Shown here one piece after another: positions 23,841 through 37,970 of a stretch of 51,954 nucleotides of DNA. Position numbers and translations under genes: made by a program. Source of the stretch: Nemertoderma westbladi (Eukaryota; Animalia; Xenacoelomorpha); the NCBI GenBank assembly GCA_032718475.1, contig JAUCBJ010003725.1:1-51954 (forward strand), read 5' to 3'. Below the pieces are notes generated by a model. It had not been told where the DNA came from, searched no databases, and was given only the letters and a program-made list of their open reading frames with translations. How positions within the stretch are numbered: position 1 is the stretch's first letter; every line of letters starts with the position of its first letter.

Positions 23841-24879
23841 GTACAATGCAATGAGTTGAAATTCAACGAAAGATAAATACAAATTATATCGGCCTGTAGC
23901 ACGTTCGTTGCCATAATATCTCGGCAAATACAAAGATTGGATGATATTACGTACTGTTTATCAAAAATTGCCCGAAATCATAACTTAACGTAACTAATAA
24001 AAAATGATTTTTCGTTGCTATGGAAACTAAATTGGAAACTATCTAGAAGATATTAACAGTAAACTTCATTACACATTATAGTAAACAGGTCAATGAACCC
24101 AAGTTTACCCGATCCAACCCGATTTTGAGCCAAATTCCACCTTTTTGATGTAAAATCTATGTTGCTATTGACTAAACAGCAAACTGAAACTGATCCGCTC
24201 AATATATTATTATATTTGTTGAAAGTCGCCTTTTTGCATTTGTTGTCAAATAGCAATAAAATACATAGAGGCTGGTGGTATCGACAGGTTATTTAATATT
24301 CTAGAATATTATATTATTTATTATAATAGGGCGTACATGCCTATTTTACTATTACGCTTTCGTTTTAATTATTTCCTAAGAAAAATCTTTGAAAGAAGAT
24401 ATTTATGTGTTTTTTTCAAAGAGTGACTTTAAACAAATAAAACGACATAAGTGGTGGCAAAAAGTAGCTTTTTGTCTTGCTTAATCATTTGTGCCAAATG
24501 ATAACGTTCAACAAAAAGTATTTATGGACATTTTCGTGGTATTAGCAAGGTAAATAATATAGAATATAAATAGTGTGGTTTGCATGAATGGCGAATATTG
24601 TGTGATAAAAATTAAAAAAATCCAAAAAGATTTTTTTACGGATTCTGGATCAAAATTAAATTGCGATTTCTAAACTGAAAACGACATGGCGATATATCTT
24701 TTAGTTCTCGAGTTATAGCTGTTTGTCTGTCTGCCAGTCGGTCAGTCCGACAAAAGTAAAGATACACATGCATTGTAGAATTTTTGCTATACGACTTTTC
24801 CTGTTTAGTGATCACATTTATAATGTCAGTTTAAATCTTTAATGTATTCTAGATTGTAGGTCTTTCTGCCGGCCTGGCT

Positions 24880-25066
24880 GCTTGTCAATAAGTCTGTCAG
24901 CCTGCCTGATTGTCAATAAGTCTGTCAGCCTGCCTGCTTGTCAATAAGTCTGTCAGCCTGCCTGCTTGTCAATAAGTCTTCAGCCTGCCTGCTTGTCAAT
25001 ATGTCTGTCAGCCTGCCTGCTTGTCAATATGTCTGTCAGCCTGCCTGCTTGTCAATAAGTCTGTCA
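24880..25066. repeat. 28-bp minisatellite (gtctgtcagcctgcctgcttgtcaataa), ~7 copies
   Basis: Tandem copies; paralogous arrays at ~30268-30345 and 37390-37970. Confidence 0.92.
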
Positions 25067-26643
25067 GTCATAAGTCTGTCTGTCATTTTATTTTTTATTT
25101 TAATTTTTTATTCCGGTACCTGTTTCTCTGGAATAACTGTACCAAATTGCATGAAATTTTCAGTATGTTCTTCTACTAATCCTTTATAGGTGGTACCACA
25201 TTTAGACATGTCTGTTAGAAATTTCAAAAGTTACATAACAAAAAACGACAAAAATACTTGTTTTTTTTTCCACTCTTTAAAAATAACTTTTTTCACTTTG
25301 AAATTTTATGGTGATCAAAATAATTTTTTTTATTTATTCTGCTACCACGTCTGAGACATATGCAAAATTAATTCCGCTCCAAATTTCAAGCCATTCTGTT
25401 GAACCAATTCCTTAGAAGAGGTACATAAGCTTAATAGTCCAATGTATGGACAAACACGTGCCCTTAAACTACCGACAATTTTGTAATAATTTTGTGGGAT
25501 AGTTAAGTGGAACAAAAATTAATTAATAATTAAAATTATAATTAAAAATTATTATAATTTGCACATAATGTTTATATACATATCAAATTCCCTGTGTGTT
25601 TACTATGTAGCCTATACCCTCCAGTTAGCAAGAATATTCCGGCTAAATGGCCTATAGTTTTAGGAGGCATTGGACTGGATAAATAAAATGATAATTATGT
25701 ATTTATTAAAACAAATATAACTGTAATAATATCTAGTACTGTACTACAGTATACTCAAGATATCAGCAAACTACCACACACACACAACTAACAGACCAAT
25801 TAATGACGAAGAAGCAAATAGAGTTTAACTATAGTGATGTGAGGATGCAAGGTAAAACACTAACACCAAAACAATGATAAATCAAAACTTATTGCAAATA
25901 GAAGTTGGCCTGGATTAAAAACCCAAACCAAACCAAACAACGTAAATGAAGTTGACTGGGTCAATTAATAACTATATAATCTAATTACCACTAAGAATAG
26001 CGATACTGATTGGGGGCTAAGGACAGATGTTCTCAAATGCACAATAAATGGGCTCATTGAGTTAATTACACCGAGGAGGTGACAGTAATGTAACCACTAA
26101 ATGCCCAATTTATACACATATCGTACTATAACGCACCAGTTTCTATTAATAGTCGTGGTTATTGACATAAATTCAATACGTCACGAATAATAAAAACTAT
26201 AAAAAGCAGAATTAGCCAAGATGTAAGAGCTTGAATGAACTAAGCGACGCAAGCACAAATTGTATTCATTTAATAAACAGGAGAGGAAATATTATTCTCA
26301 AACATTTATGTCACAAATAATGTTATGTAATTTAACAAGACGGGACAAGATATTAATTTGCCGAGAAGGGATCCCCTACCACCCCTGTCTCCCCACTTTT
26401 GATGAGTATTTTGTTTATATATTTTGATGTTTCATCCCGAATTGTCAATAAAATAACTGATTAACTAAGCTACGATTTGATTTGCTGCAGCAGATGTTAC
26501 CGCTAGTCTTCCTTCTGGGCCTAAACTACTTGCCAACGGGTGGTAAACTACCAGTCAGTGCGAACATGTGTTACACAGCCCTACAAATAAATATCAACAT
26601 GGAATTCAAAATAAATGTTTTAACGTTTAAAGATGTTCTTTAG

Positions 26644-27053
26644 CCCTTTGCGTACCAAAGATAAATTACATAAATTTTTCCTACTACTTATCCTACCCCC
26701 AAAGGCGGCACACTGCCGCCTTAATCATTTGTAACATAATTAATTATTGGCTAAATTGAATTTAAATTTCATGTGATTTCATAAATCATGTCATTTAAGA
26801 AACCATCAAACCATTAGGAATAATCCCTTCAAGCAATATTATAACTATTCCAGACCAGTTTTTCCTGCCCAACACGAATATGATCTCCATTTTCAGCCGC
26901 AATAGTTATAAGAGGTTCTAAATAAAGCCCCGGGGGTTATAATTATTTCTAAAGGTGACACACTGCCGCCTTAAGGAACATGGTCCTGAATTATTTAGAA
27001 TGAAAAAGGCGGCAGCGTGCCGCCCTTTATAAGTATAAGTGGTAGGCAAAGGG
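26644..27053. mobile_element. 410-bp piggyBac-like MITE (paralogues at 32266-32679 and 39534-39957)
   Basis: TIRs ccctttgcgtacca / tggtaggcaaaggg; TTAG on both flanks; internal aaggcggc...gccgcctt hairpins. Confidence 0.7.
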
Positions 27054-27132
27054 TTAGTGTATGGCATGGCGTTAAAATAAACCGCACGATAAATAATAAC
27101 AAATAACAATAATTGCAAGCGACCACCACACG

Positions 27133-27650
27133 GAAATAACACAAACACGGTCAAGACGTAAAATAATAAGAAATAACTCAAACATCGGTCAATACGTAAA
27201 ATTAAAAGAAATAACACAAACACGGTCAATACGTAAAATTAAAAGAAATAACACAAACATGGTCAATACGTAAAATAATAAGAAATAACACAAATATCGG
27301 TCAATACGTAAAATAATAAGAAATAACACAAACACGGTCAATACGTAAAATAATAAGAAATAACACAAACACGGTCAATACGTAAAATAATAAGAAATAA
27401 CACAAACACGGTCAATACGTAAAATAATAAGAAATAACACAAACACGGTCAATACGTAAAATTAAAAGAAATAACACAAACACGGTCAATACGTAAAATT
27501 AAAAGAAATAACACAAACATGGTCAATACGTAAAATAATAAGAAATAACACAAATATCGGTCAATACGTAAAATAATAAGAAATAACACAAACATGGTCA
27601 ATACGTAAAATTATAAGAAATAACACAAACACGGTCAATAGGTAAAAACA
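27133..27650. repeat. 37-bp minisatellite (aaataacacaaacacggtcaatacgtaaaataataag), ~14 copies
   Basis: Tandem copies with period 37-38. Confidence 0.95.
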
Positions 27651-28500
27651 TAAAGAACATTAAAAACCAAAACGCATGGAAACCTCAATATGAAGCTGAA
27701 AAATGCGATAAAATCACGGGACAGTGATTGGTTCTCCTTTTTGGGATGTCCCCGAAAAATTAACCAATACAATTAGTTCTTCAGCTGCCAATGGTATCAA
27801 AGCAAATACTCATTATGGAAAACTTACATGGAAATTATACAAAGAAGCTCAGAAGAAATGACAAAAGACGACATAGAGACGGTGAGATAGTAATAGAAGA
27901 TAAATAGATAGCTACAACAAACAAGCCTTATTTGTTTTGTATAACTATAGTTGAATAATAATTAATCCCACATTACCTAACAGAGTTCTTCTTTCACAAA
28001 TACAGGGATGATGATCTATTTATTCCCTTCACGAGACTGGATAACTTTACGCGTTGGGGACTTTTGATTAAAATGCCGTCTGATCGAATCAATGATGTTA
28101 AATAAGAATTCAAGGAAAGGAACAAGTTTTATAGTAAAATATATAGTATATAGTATAGTATAGTAGTAGTAGTATAGTATATAGTAAAATTATAAATTTT
28201 TTAATTCTTGACGGAAAAATTACAATTTTGATGGTATAAGAGTTTTCGAGGTGGCTAGTCACAATAAAACTTGTTAAAACTATTTTCTGGCTTTGCAACT
28301 ATAATTTTTGGTGCTATTCTAGTCTCCCAGGACGAAAAGTACATGCAAAAAAATTTCAAAAAAACAAATGTTGTAGTTGGATGGATAATTCTGAACCTAC
28401 AGGGGTCGCTGAAAAATATTGTGGTAGTGTGAATTAAATTTTTACAATTTGTGCTACTTGTAGTTTTCGTGCCAAATTGGCACATAATAAAAAGTACCAT

Positions 28501-28562
28501 CGGTCCGGACGATTCGGCCTGGACGTTTCGGTCCGGACGATTCGGCCTGGACGTTTCGGCCC
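28501..28562. repeat. 14/28-bp GC-rich repeat (cggtccggacgattcggcctggacgttt), likely transposon subterminal array; paralogues at 34128-34217 and 42380-42472
   Basis: 2 units in copy 1, 3 in copy 2; copy 3 retains a longer start cggtatacggacgtttcggcc. Confidence 0.7.
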
Positions 28563-29879
28563 ATGATTGTAAATGAATGAAAAGGCCATCGCCAAGTTGT
28601 TTTTTTTCTATTATAATAATTATTCTTTAAAATTAAAATTATTTCACAATAACATACAAACACTTTATAAAATAATTTTATGAAAATTTTTATGAAATTT
28701 TTATGAAAAATATTTTTATGTAATATTTACCTTTATTTCAAAATAAAATAAACATTATGCATGTGGTGCCCTGGTTCTATAAACAATTCGCAACCAATTA
28801 TGTTATTACATTAGTTTATTATTTATAAATATAATGTAGAACTTGGATCTTAACGACTTTCCAATAGTTGGATCAGTTCCTATTTGAAAACTGCTGATGA
28901 GCTGCAATGAGGATGACATACTGTATATCATTTAAAAATAGTAGAATAGCATAATAATTGAAGTAAAATAAAGTAATTGATTTAAACACCGGTAGCAATT
29001 CTAGAACAGGTGATATCTTGTTTATCAAATATGTTCGAAGTTCTTTAGCGAGAAGGCAGCATTGCGCAAAATTAACATTATGACGATTGACTAACAATAT
29101 CCCGTAATAATTTAGTTGTTGCAAATCTTATTTTTTTATACTATACAGAAGCTTCTGCAAATAAACCTAGTAAAATAAAATAAAAATATAAAATGAAATA
29201 AAATAAAATAAAACTACTGAGGCAAATTTATTTGTGTCAGGTTTTATAACCGTATCATTATAACCTTCTGGGACAGGCGATAATCTATGTATAACAGCGA
29301 TTGGAGGTTAAACAGCAGTCCTATAAATTAATGACTGGGTATTATGCATAATCTTCTACATATTACATTGCGTAGACTAAACTTTTTACTTGACTTATTT
29401 AAGGGACTATGGATGTAATGGATGCGATTGGAGCATTAGTTTGCGCTGTTGGTGTTAAACGAATCCTCCAATAACAAGTATAAATTGATCTATATAGTTT
29501 AACTATATACAATTGATACAATTAAGTAATAAAATGGACTAATTACATTGTTCTTACAGCTTATCCTTGCAAAATTTTATTTAACATTCCTACATTCACT
29601 TCTTGCCGTAGACATGAGATCACTTCTGATAAATAGCTCTTGATAGCTCTTTCAGCACATTAGGTAATATTCTAATAGTGCAGGTTGAGATTACTGTTTC
29701 TGATTCTCTTTGTAATATAAAGGGATTTATTTTCGTTATTACCGCGTTTGACGTTTCCGCGTAGGTCTACTAGCCTACGAGTCGTAGGTAGATGAAGAAA
29801 TGCAATTTCGTGTGGAACTTTCATAAATCATAAAATTATCGTTTTTGGGGCTTGTCTGGTGTGATGAAAAATACAAGTA

Positions 29880-32800
29880 GCCAAATGATAACGTTCAACA
29901 AAAAGTATTTATGGACATTTTCGTGGTATTAGCAAGGTAAATAATATAGAATATAAATAGTGTGGTTTGCATGAATTGCGAATATTGTGTGATAAAAATT
30001 AAAAAAATCCAAAAAGATTTTTTTACGGATTCTGGATCAAAATTTAATTGCGATTTCTAAACTGAAAACGACATGGCGATATATCTTTTAGTTCTCGAGT
30101 TATAGCTGTTTGTCTGTCTGTCAGTCGGTCAGTCCGACAAAAGTAAAGATACACATGCATTGTACAATTTTTGCTATACGACTTTTCCTGTTTAGTGATC
30201 ACATTTCTAATGTCAGTTTAAATATTTAATGTATTCTAGATTGTAGGTCTTTCTGCCGGCCTGGCTGCTTGTCTATCTGTCTGTCAGCCTGCCTGCTTGT
30301 CAATAAGTCCTTCAGCCTGCCTGGTTGTCAATAAGTCTGTCAGTCTGCCTGTCTGTCTGTCTCTTGGCCTGTCTGTCTGTCAAAAATAATGAATGAAATA
30401 CACAACTAAAAACTTTGTTGAAGGGGTTTTCCTGGTCTATGATTCCATACCTGATGTCTGTTTTAACGGTTAAAGGAGTCTAGATTGTCTATCAGTCTGT
30501 CTGTACGAGTGTTATATTTAGACGGGCAGACAGACAGGTATACAGATCAACATAAAGCCATTATATTTGAATACTGACATCAGAAATGGAATCACCACCC
30601 CAGAAAACCCCCATATCGAGAAGTATTCTTCCTTAATTTTTCAATATAATTTGAATTATCCCTCCATTTAAACCAAAATGGCGGGAAAGTTTGAAAACTT
30701 TAATTGCCATTATCTCAGAATTTTATTTTTTATTTTTATTTTTTATTCAGGTACCTGTTTCTCTGGAACCATTGTACCAAATTACATGAAATATTCACTA
30801 TGTTCTTCTACTAATCCTTTATAGGTGGTACCACATTTAGACATGTCTGTTAGAAATTTCAAAAGTTACATAACAAAAAACGACAAAAATACTTGTTTTT
30901 TCCACTCTTTAAAAATAACTTTTTTCACTTTGAAATTTTATGGTGATCAAAATAATTTTTTTTTATTTATTCTGCTACCACGTCTGAGACATATGAAAAA
31001 TTAATTCCGCTCCAAATTTCAAACCATTATGTTGAACCAATTCTTTAGAAGAGGTACATAAGTTAAATAGTCCAATGTATGGACAAACACGTGCCCTTAA
31101 ACTACCGACAATTTTGTAATAATTTTGTGGGATAGTTAAGTGGAACAAAAATTATGTAAAAATTAAAATTAAAAATTATTATAATTTGCACATAATGTTT
31201 ATATACATATCAAATTCCCTGTGTGTTTACTATGTAGCCTATACCCTCCAGTTAGCAAGAATATTCCGGCTAAATGGCCTATAGTTTTAGGAGGCATTGG
31301 ACTGGATAAATAAAATGATAATTATGTATTTATTAAAAAAAATATAACTGTAATAATATCTAGTACTACAGTATACTCAAGATATCAGCAAACTACCACA
31401 CACACACAACTAACAGACCAATTAATGACGAAGAAGCAAATAGAGTTTAACTATAGTGATGTGAGGATACAAGGTAAAACACTAACACCAAAACAATGAT
31501 AAATCAAAACTTATTGCAAATAGAAGTTGGCCTGGATTAAAAACCCAAACCAAACCAAACAACGTAAATGAAGTTGACTGGGTCAATTAATAACTATATA
31601 ATCTAATTACCACTATGAATAGCAATACTGAATGGGGGCTAAGGACAGATGTTCTCAAATGCACAATAAATGGGCTCATTGAGTTAATTACACCGAGGAG
31701 GTGACAGTAATGTAACCACTAAATGCCCAATTTATACACATATCGTACTATAACGCACCAGTTTCTATTAATAGTCGTGGTTATTGACATAAATTCAATA
31801 CGTCACGAATAATAAAAACTATAAAAAGCATAATTAGCCAAGATGTAAGAGCTTGAATGAGCTAAGCGACGCAAGCACAAATTGTATTCATTTAATAAAC
31901 AAGGAGAGGAAATATTATTCTCAAACATTTATGTCACAAATAATGTTATGTAATTTAACAAGACGGGACAAGATATTAATTTGCCGAGAAGGGATCCCCC
32001 ACCCCCCATGTCTCCTCACTTTTGATGAGTATTTTGTTTATATATTTTGATGTTTCATCCCGAATTGTCAATAAAATAACTGATTAACTAAGCTACGATT
32101 TGATTTGCTGCAGCAGATGTTACCGCTAGTCTACCTTCTAGGCCTAAACTACTTGCCAACGGGTGGTAAACTACCAGTCAGTGCGAACATGTGTTACACA
32201 GCCCTACAAATAAATATCAACATGGAATTCAAAATAAATGTTTAACGTTTAAAGATGTTCTTTAGCCCTTTGCGTACCAAAGATAAATTACATAAATTTT
32301 TCCTACTACTTATCCTACCCCCAAAGGCGGCACACTGCCTGCCGCCTTAATCATTTGTAACATAATTAATTATTGGCTAAATTGAATTTAAATTTCATGT
32401 GATTTCATAAATCATGTCATTTAAGAAACCATCAAACCATTAGGAATAATCCCTTCAAGCAATATTATAACTATTCCAGACAAGTTTTTCCTGCCCAACA
32501 CGAATATGAACTCCATTTTCAGCCGCAATAGTTATAAGAGGTTCTAAATAAAGCCCCGGGGGTTATAATTATTTCTAAAGGTGACACACTGCCGCCTTAA
32601 GGAACATGGTCCTGAATTATTTAGAATGAAAAAGGCGGCAGCGTGCCGCCCTTTATAAGTATAAGTGGTAGGCAAAGGGTTAGTGTATGGCATGGCGTTA
32701 AAATAAACCGCACGATAAATAATAACAAATAACAATAATTGCAAGCGACCACCACACGGAAATAACACAAACACGGTCAAGACGTAAAATAATAAGAAAT

Positions 32801-35800
32801 AACTCAAACATCGGTCAATACGTAAAATAATAAGAAATAACACAAACACGGTCAATACGTAAAATTAAAAGAAATAACACAAACATGGTCAATACGTAAA
32901 ATTAAAAGAAATAACACAAACACGGTCAATACGTAAAATTAAAAGAAATAACACAAACATGGTCAATACGTAAAATAATAAGAAATAACACAAATATCGG
33001 TCAATACGTAAAATAATAAGAAATAACACAAACATGGTCAATACGTAAAATTATAAGAAATAACACAAACACGGTCAATACGTAAAATTAAAAGAAATAA
33101 CACAAACATGGTCAATACGTAAAATAATAAGAAATAACACAAACATGGTCAATACGTAAAATAATAAGAAATAACACAAATATCGGTCAATACGTAAAAT
33201 AATAAGAAATAACACAAACATGGTCAATACGTAAAATTATAAGAAATAACACAAACACGGTCAATAGGTAAAAACATAAAGAACATTAAAAACCAAAACG
33301 CATGGAAACCTCAATATGAAGCTGAAAAATGCGATAAAATCACGGGACAGTGATTGGTTCTCCTTTTTGGGATGTCCCCGAAAAATTAACCAATACAATT
33401 AGTTCTTCAGCTGCCAATGGTATCAAAGCAAATACTCATTATGGAAAACTTACATGGAAATTATACAAAGAAGCTCAGAAGAAATGACAAAAGACGACAT
33501 AGAGACGGTGAGATAGTAATAGAAGATAAATAGATAGCTACAACAAACAAGCCTTATTTGTTTTGTATAACTATAGTTGAATAATAATTAATCCCACATT
33601 ACCTAACAGAGTTCTTCTTTCACAAATACAGGGATGATGATCTATTTATTCCCTTCACGAGACTGGATAACTTTACGCGTTGGGGACTTTTGATTAAAAT
33701 GCCGTCTGATCGAATCAATGATGTTAAATAAGAATTCAAGGAAAGGAACAAGTTTTATAGTAAAATATATAGTATATAGTATAGTATAGTAGTAGTAGTA
33801 TAGTATATAGTAAAATTATAAATTTTTTTAATTCTTGACGGAAAAATTACAATTTTGATGGTATAAGAGTTTTCGAGGTGGCTAGTCACAATAAAACTTG
33901 TTAAAACTATTTTCTGGCTTTGCAACTATAATTTTTGGTGCTATTCTAGTCTCCCAGGACGAAAAGTACATGCAAAAAAATTTCAAAAAAACAAATGTTG
34001 TAGTTGGATGGATAATTCTGAACCTACAGGGGTCGCTGAAAAATATTGTGGTAGTGTGAATTAAATTTTTACAATTTGTGCTACTTGTAGTTTTCGTGCC
34101 AAATTGGCACATAATAAAAAGTACCATCGGTCCGGACGATTCGGCCTGGACGTTTCGGTCCGGACGATTCGGCCTGGACGTTTCGGTCCGGACGATTCGG
34201 CCTGGACGTTTCGGCCCATGATTGTAAATGAATGAAAAGGCCATCGCCAAGTTGTTTTTTTTCTATTATAATAATTATTCTTTAAAATTAAAATTATTTC
34301 ACAATAACATACAAACACTTTATAAAATAATTTTATGAAAATTTTTATGAAATTTTTATGAAAAATATTTTTATGTAATATTTACCTTTATTTCAAAATA
34401 AAATAAACATTATGCATGTGGTGCCCTGGTTCTATAAACAATTCGCAACCAATTATGTTATTACATTAGTTTATTATTTATAAATATAATGTAGAACTTG
34501 GATCTTAACGACTTTCCAATAGTTGGATCAGTTCCTATTTGAAAACTGCTGATGAGCTGCAATGAGGATGACATACTGTATATCATTTAAAAATAGTAGA
34601 ATAGCATAATAATTGAAGTAAAATAAAGTAATTGATTTAAACACCGGTAGCAATTCTAGAACAGGTGATATCTTGTTTATCAAATATGTTCGAAGTTCTT
34701 TAGCGAGAAGGCAGCATTGCGCAAAATTAACATTATGACGATTGACTAACAATATCCCGTAATAATTTAGTTGTTGCAAATCTTATTTTTTTATACTATA
34801 CAGAAGCTTCTGCAAATAAACCTAGTAAAATAAAATAAAAATATAAAATGAAATAAAATAAAATAAAACTACTGAGGCAAATTTATTTGTGTCAGGTTTT
34901 ATAACCGTATCATTATAACCTTCTGGGACAGGCGATAATCTATGTATAACAGCGATTGGAGGTTAAACAGCAGTCCTATAAATTAATGACTGGGTATTAT
35001 GCATAATCTTCTACATATTACATTGCGTAGACTAAACTTTTTACTTGACTTATTTAAGGGACTATGGATGTAATGGATGCGATTGGAGCATTAGTTTGCG
35101 CTGTTGGTGTTAAACGAATCCTCCAATAACAAGTATAAATTGATCTATATAGTTTAACTATATACAATTGATACAATTAAGTAATAAAATGGACTAATTA
35201 CATTGTTCTTACAGCTTATCCTTGCAAAATTTTATTTAACATTCCTACATTCACTTCTTGCCGTAGACATGAGATCACTTCTGATAAATAGCTCTTGATA
35301 GCTCTTTCAGCACATTAGGTAATATTCTAATAGTGCAGGTTGAGATTACTGTTTCTGATTCTCTTTGTAATATAAAGGGATTTATTTTCGTTATTACCGC
35401 GTTTGACGTTTCCGCGTAGGTCTACTAGCCTACGAGTCGTAGGTAGATGAAGAAATGCAATTTCGTGTGGAACTTTCATAAATCATAAAATTATCGTTTT
35501 TGGGGCTTGTCTGGTGTGATGAAAAATACAAATAGCATAAAAATTGATTCTGGTTGGATAATTCAGAATAGGGGTTTCCGGGGTCGCTGATCACAATATA
35601 ACTTGTGAACCGCCGGAATTCCGGTTGGAACGGAATACCGGGAGATCCTTAATTTTAACCAAAACAATAAACGAGAGTACAAGTTACAATTTAATGTTTG
35701 CCCGTAATCAGAGGTTTTGTGTCGATTTCCCCTGGACATGGTATAAATTTTGACTGACCTGGCAGGATAAAATACTCTCTCTATCGCTAAATATAGTCGT

Positions 35801-36355
35801 CGTTATTTACCATAAAATGAGATAATCTTAAATAGCCAGCTAGCCAGGGCTCGCTGAATAACGATGTCAATTAATTATGAACAAAAATTCGAATTAAATA
35901 AATGGTTTCCGTGAAAAAAATATAAAATTATAATAAAAAATGAAAATAGATGACCTTTACAATAAATATTAAATGAATGACGTAAAAGTAATAAAAATTA
36001 GAAGAAATGCATCAATGCCAATGTCACAATGGAATCAATAAAAGAGATTCTGTACTACATGTTGTATATAGACAGAATCATTGGGGAGTCGCCATCAATT
36101 CATGGCCCCCGTCAATCAACACCTCTCCTTAATTAGGTTACCCCAAACCCAAAGTCTGGAACAAACCGGTACCTACTGGCACGATACTTCGCGGCAATCA
36201 ATACGGTAGCTTCGATTGGCAGACTGAGGAATAATTATCGTTGATAATAAATGAAGCAATGGTTTAGTGGCGAAAACATAAACCGAAATTCTTCAAAAAT
36301 GTCTTAACTTATAAATGGAAGGCTAAATTGAGATGCGAAAACGCACACAATTTTT
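29880..36355 (+). repeat. Segmental tandem duplication, copy 2
   Basis: Restarts at gccaaatgataacg (=24494) and extends into sequence shared with 46378-47137. Confidence 0.95.
32760..33275. repeat. 37-bp minisatellite, ~14 copies (copy 2)
   Basis: Same unit as 27133-27650 with a different order of variants. Confidence 0.95.
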
Positions 36356-37389
36356 CTGGACAATAAGTAGCGATGTTCCAGAATAATCGAATTAATCGTA
36401 CAATGCAATGAGTTGAGATTCAACGAAAGATAAATACAATTTATATCGGCCTGTAGCACGTTCGTTGCCATAATATCTCGGCAAATACAAAGATTGGATG
36501 ATATTACGTACTGTTTATCAAAAATTGCCCGAGATCATAACTTAACGTAACTAATAAAAAATGATTTTTCGTTGCTATGGAAACTAAATTGGAAATTATC
36601 TAGAAGATATTAACAGTAAACTTCATTACACATTATAGTAAACAGGTCAATGAACCCAAGTTTACCCGATCCAACCCGATTTTGAGCCAAATTCCACCTT
36701 TTTGATGTAAAATCTATGTTGCTATTGACTAAACAGCAAACTGAAACTGATCCGCTCAATATATTATTATATTTGTTGTCAAATAGCAATAAAATACATA
36801 GAGGCTGGTGGTATCGACAGGTTATTTAATATTCTAGAATATTATATTATTTATCATAATAAGGCGTACATGCCTATTTTACTATTACGCTTTCGTTTTA
36901 ATTATTTCCTAAGAAAAATCTGTGTTTTTTTCAAAGAGTGACTTTAAACAAAACGACATAAGTGGTGGCAAAAAGTAGCTTTTTGTCTTGCTTAATCATT
37001 TGTGCCAAATGATAACGTTCAACAAAAAGTATTTATGGACATTTTCGTGGTATTAGCAAGGTAAATAATATAGAATATAAATAGTGTGGTTTGCATGAAT
37101 TGCGAATATTGTGTGATAAAAATTAAAAAAATCCAAAAAGATTTTTTTACGGATTCTGGATCAACATTTAATTGCGATTTCTAAACTGAAAACGACATAG
37201 CGATATATCTTTTAGTTCTCGAGTTATAGCTGTTTGTCTGTCTGCCAGTCGGTCAGTCCGACAAAAGTAAAGATACACATGCATTGTACAATTTTTGCTA
37301 TACGACTTTTCCTGTTTAGTGATCACATTTATAATGTCAGTTTAAATATTTGATGTATTCTAGATTGTAGGTCTTTCTGCCGGCCTGGC

Positions 37390-37970
37390 TGCTTGTCAAT
37401 AAGTCTGTCAGCCTGCCTGCTTGTCAATAAGTCTGTCAGCCTGCCTGCTTGTCAATAAGTCTATCAGCCTGCCTGCTTGTCAATAAGTCTGTCAGCCTGC
37501 CTGCTTGTCAATAAGTCTATCAGCCTGCCTGCTTGTCAATAAGTTTGTCAGCCTGCCTGCTTGTCAATAAGTCTGTCAGCCTGCCTGCTTGTCAATAAGT
37601 CTGTCAGCCTGCCTGCTTGTCAATAAGTCTATCAGCCTGCCTGCTTGTCAATAAGTCTGTCAGCCTGCCTGCTTGTCAATAAGTCTGTCAGCCTGCCTGC
37701 TTGTCAATAAGTCTATCAGCCTGCCTGCTTGTCAATAAGTTTGTCAGCCTGCCTGCTTGTCAATAAGTCTATCAGCCTGCCTGCTTGTCAATAAGTCTGT
37801 CAGCCTGCCTGCTTGTCAATAAGTCTGTCAGCCTGCCTGCTTGTCAATAAGTCTGTCAGCCTGCCTGCTTGTCAATAAGTCTGTCAGCCTGCCTGCTTGT
37901 CAATAAGTCTATCAGCCTGCCTGCTTGTCAATATGTCTGTCAGCCTGCCTGCTTGTCAATAAGTCTGTCA
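37390..37970. repeat. 28-bp minisatellite, ~21 copies (copy 3)
   Basis: Expanded paralogue of 24880-25066. Confidence 0.95.

Larger units (their letters stand above)
23798..29879 (+). repeat. Segmental tandem duplication, copy 1
   Basis: Near-identical to 29880-35530 (from 24494 onward) and to 36356-45200; duplicated spurious ORFs in the track confirm the offsets. Confidence 0.95.

Noticed and set aside
24310-25470. Possible single DNA transposon spanning the 28-bp array
   Set aside because: It looks repeat-derived, but candidate TIRs are too weak to define ends
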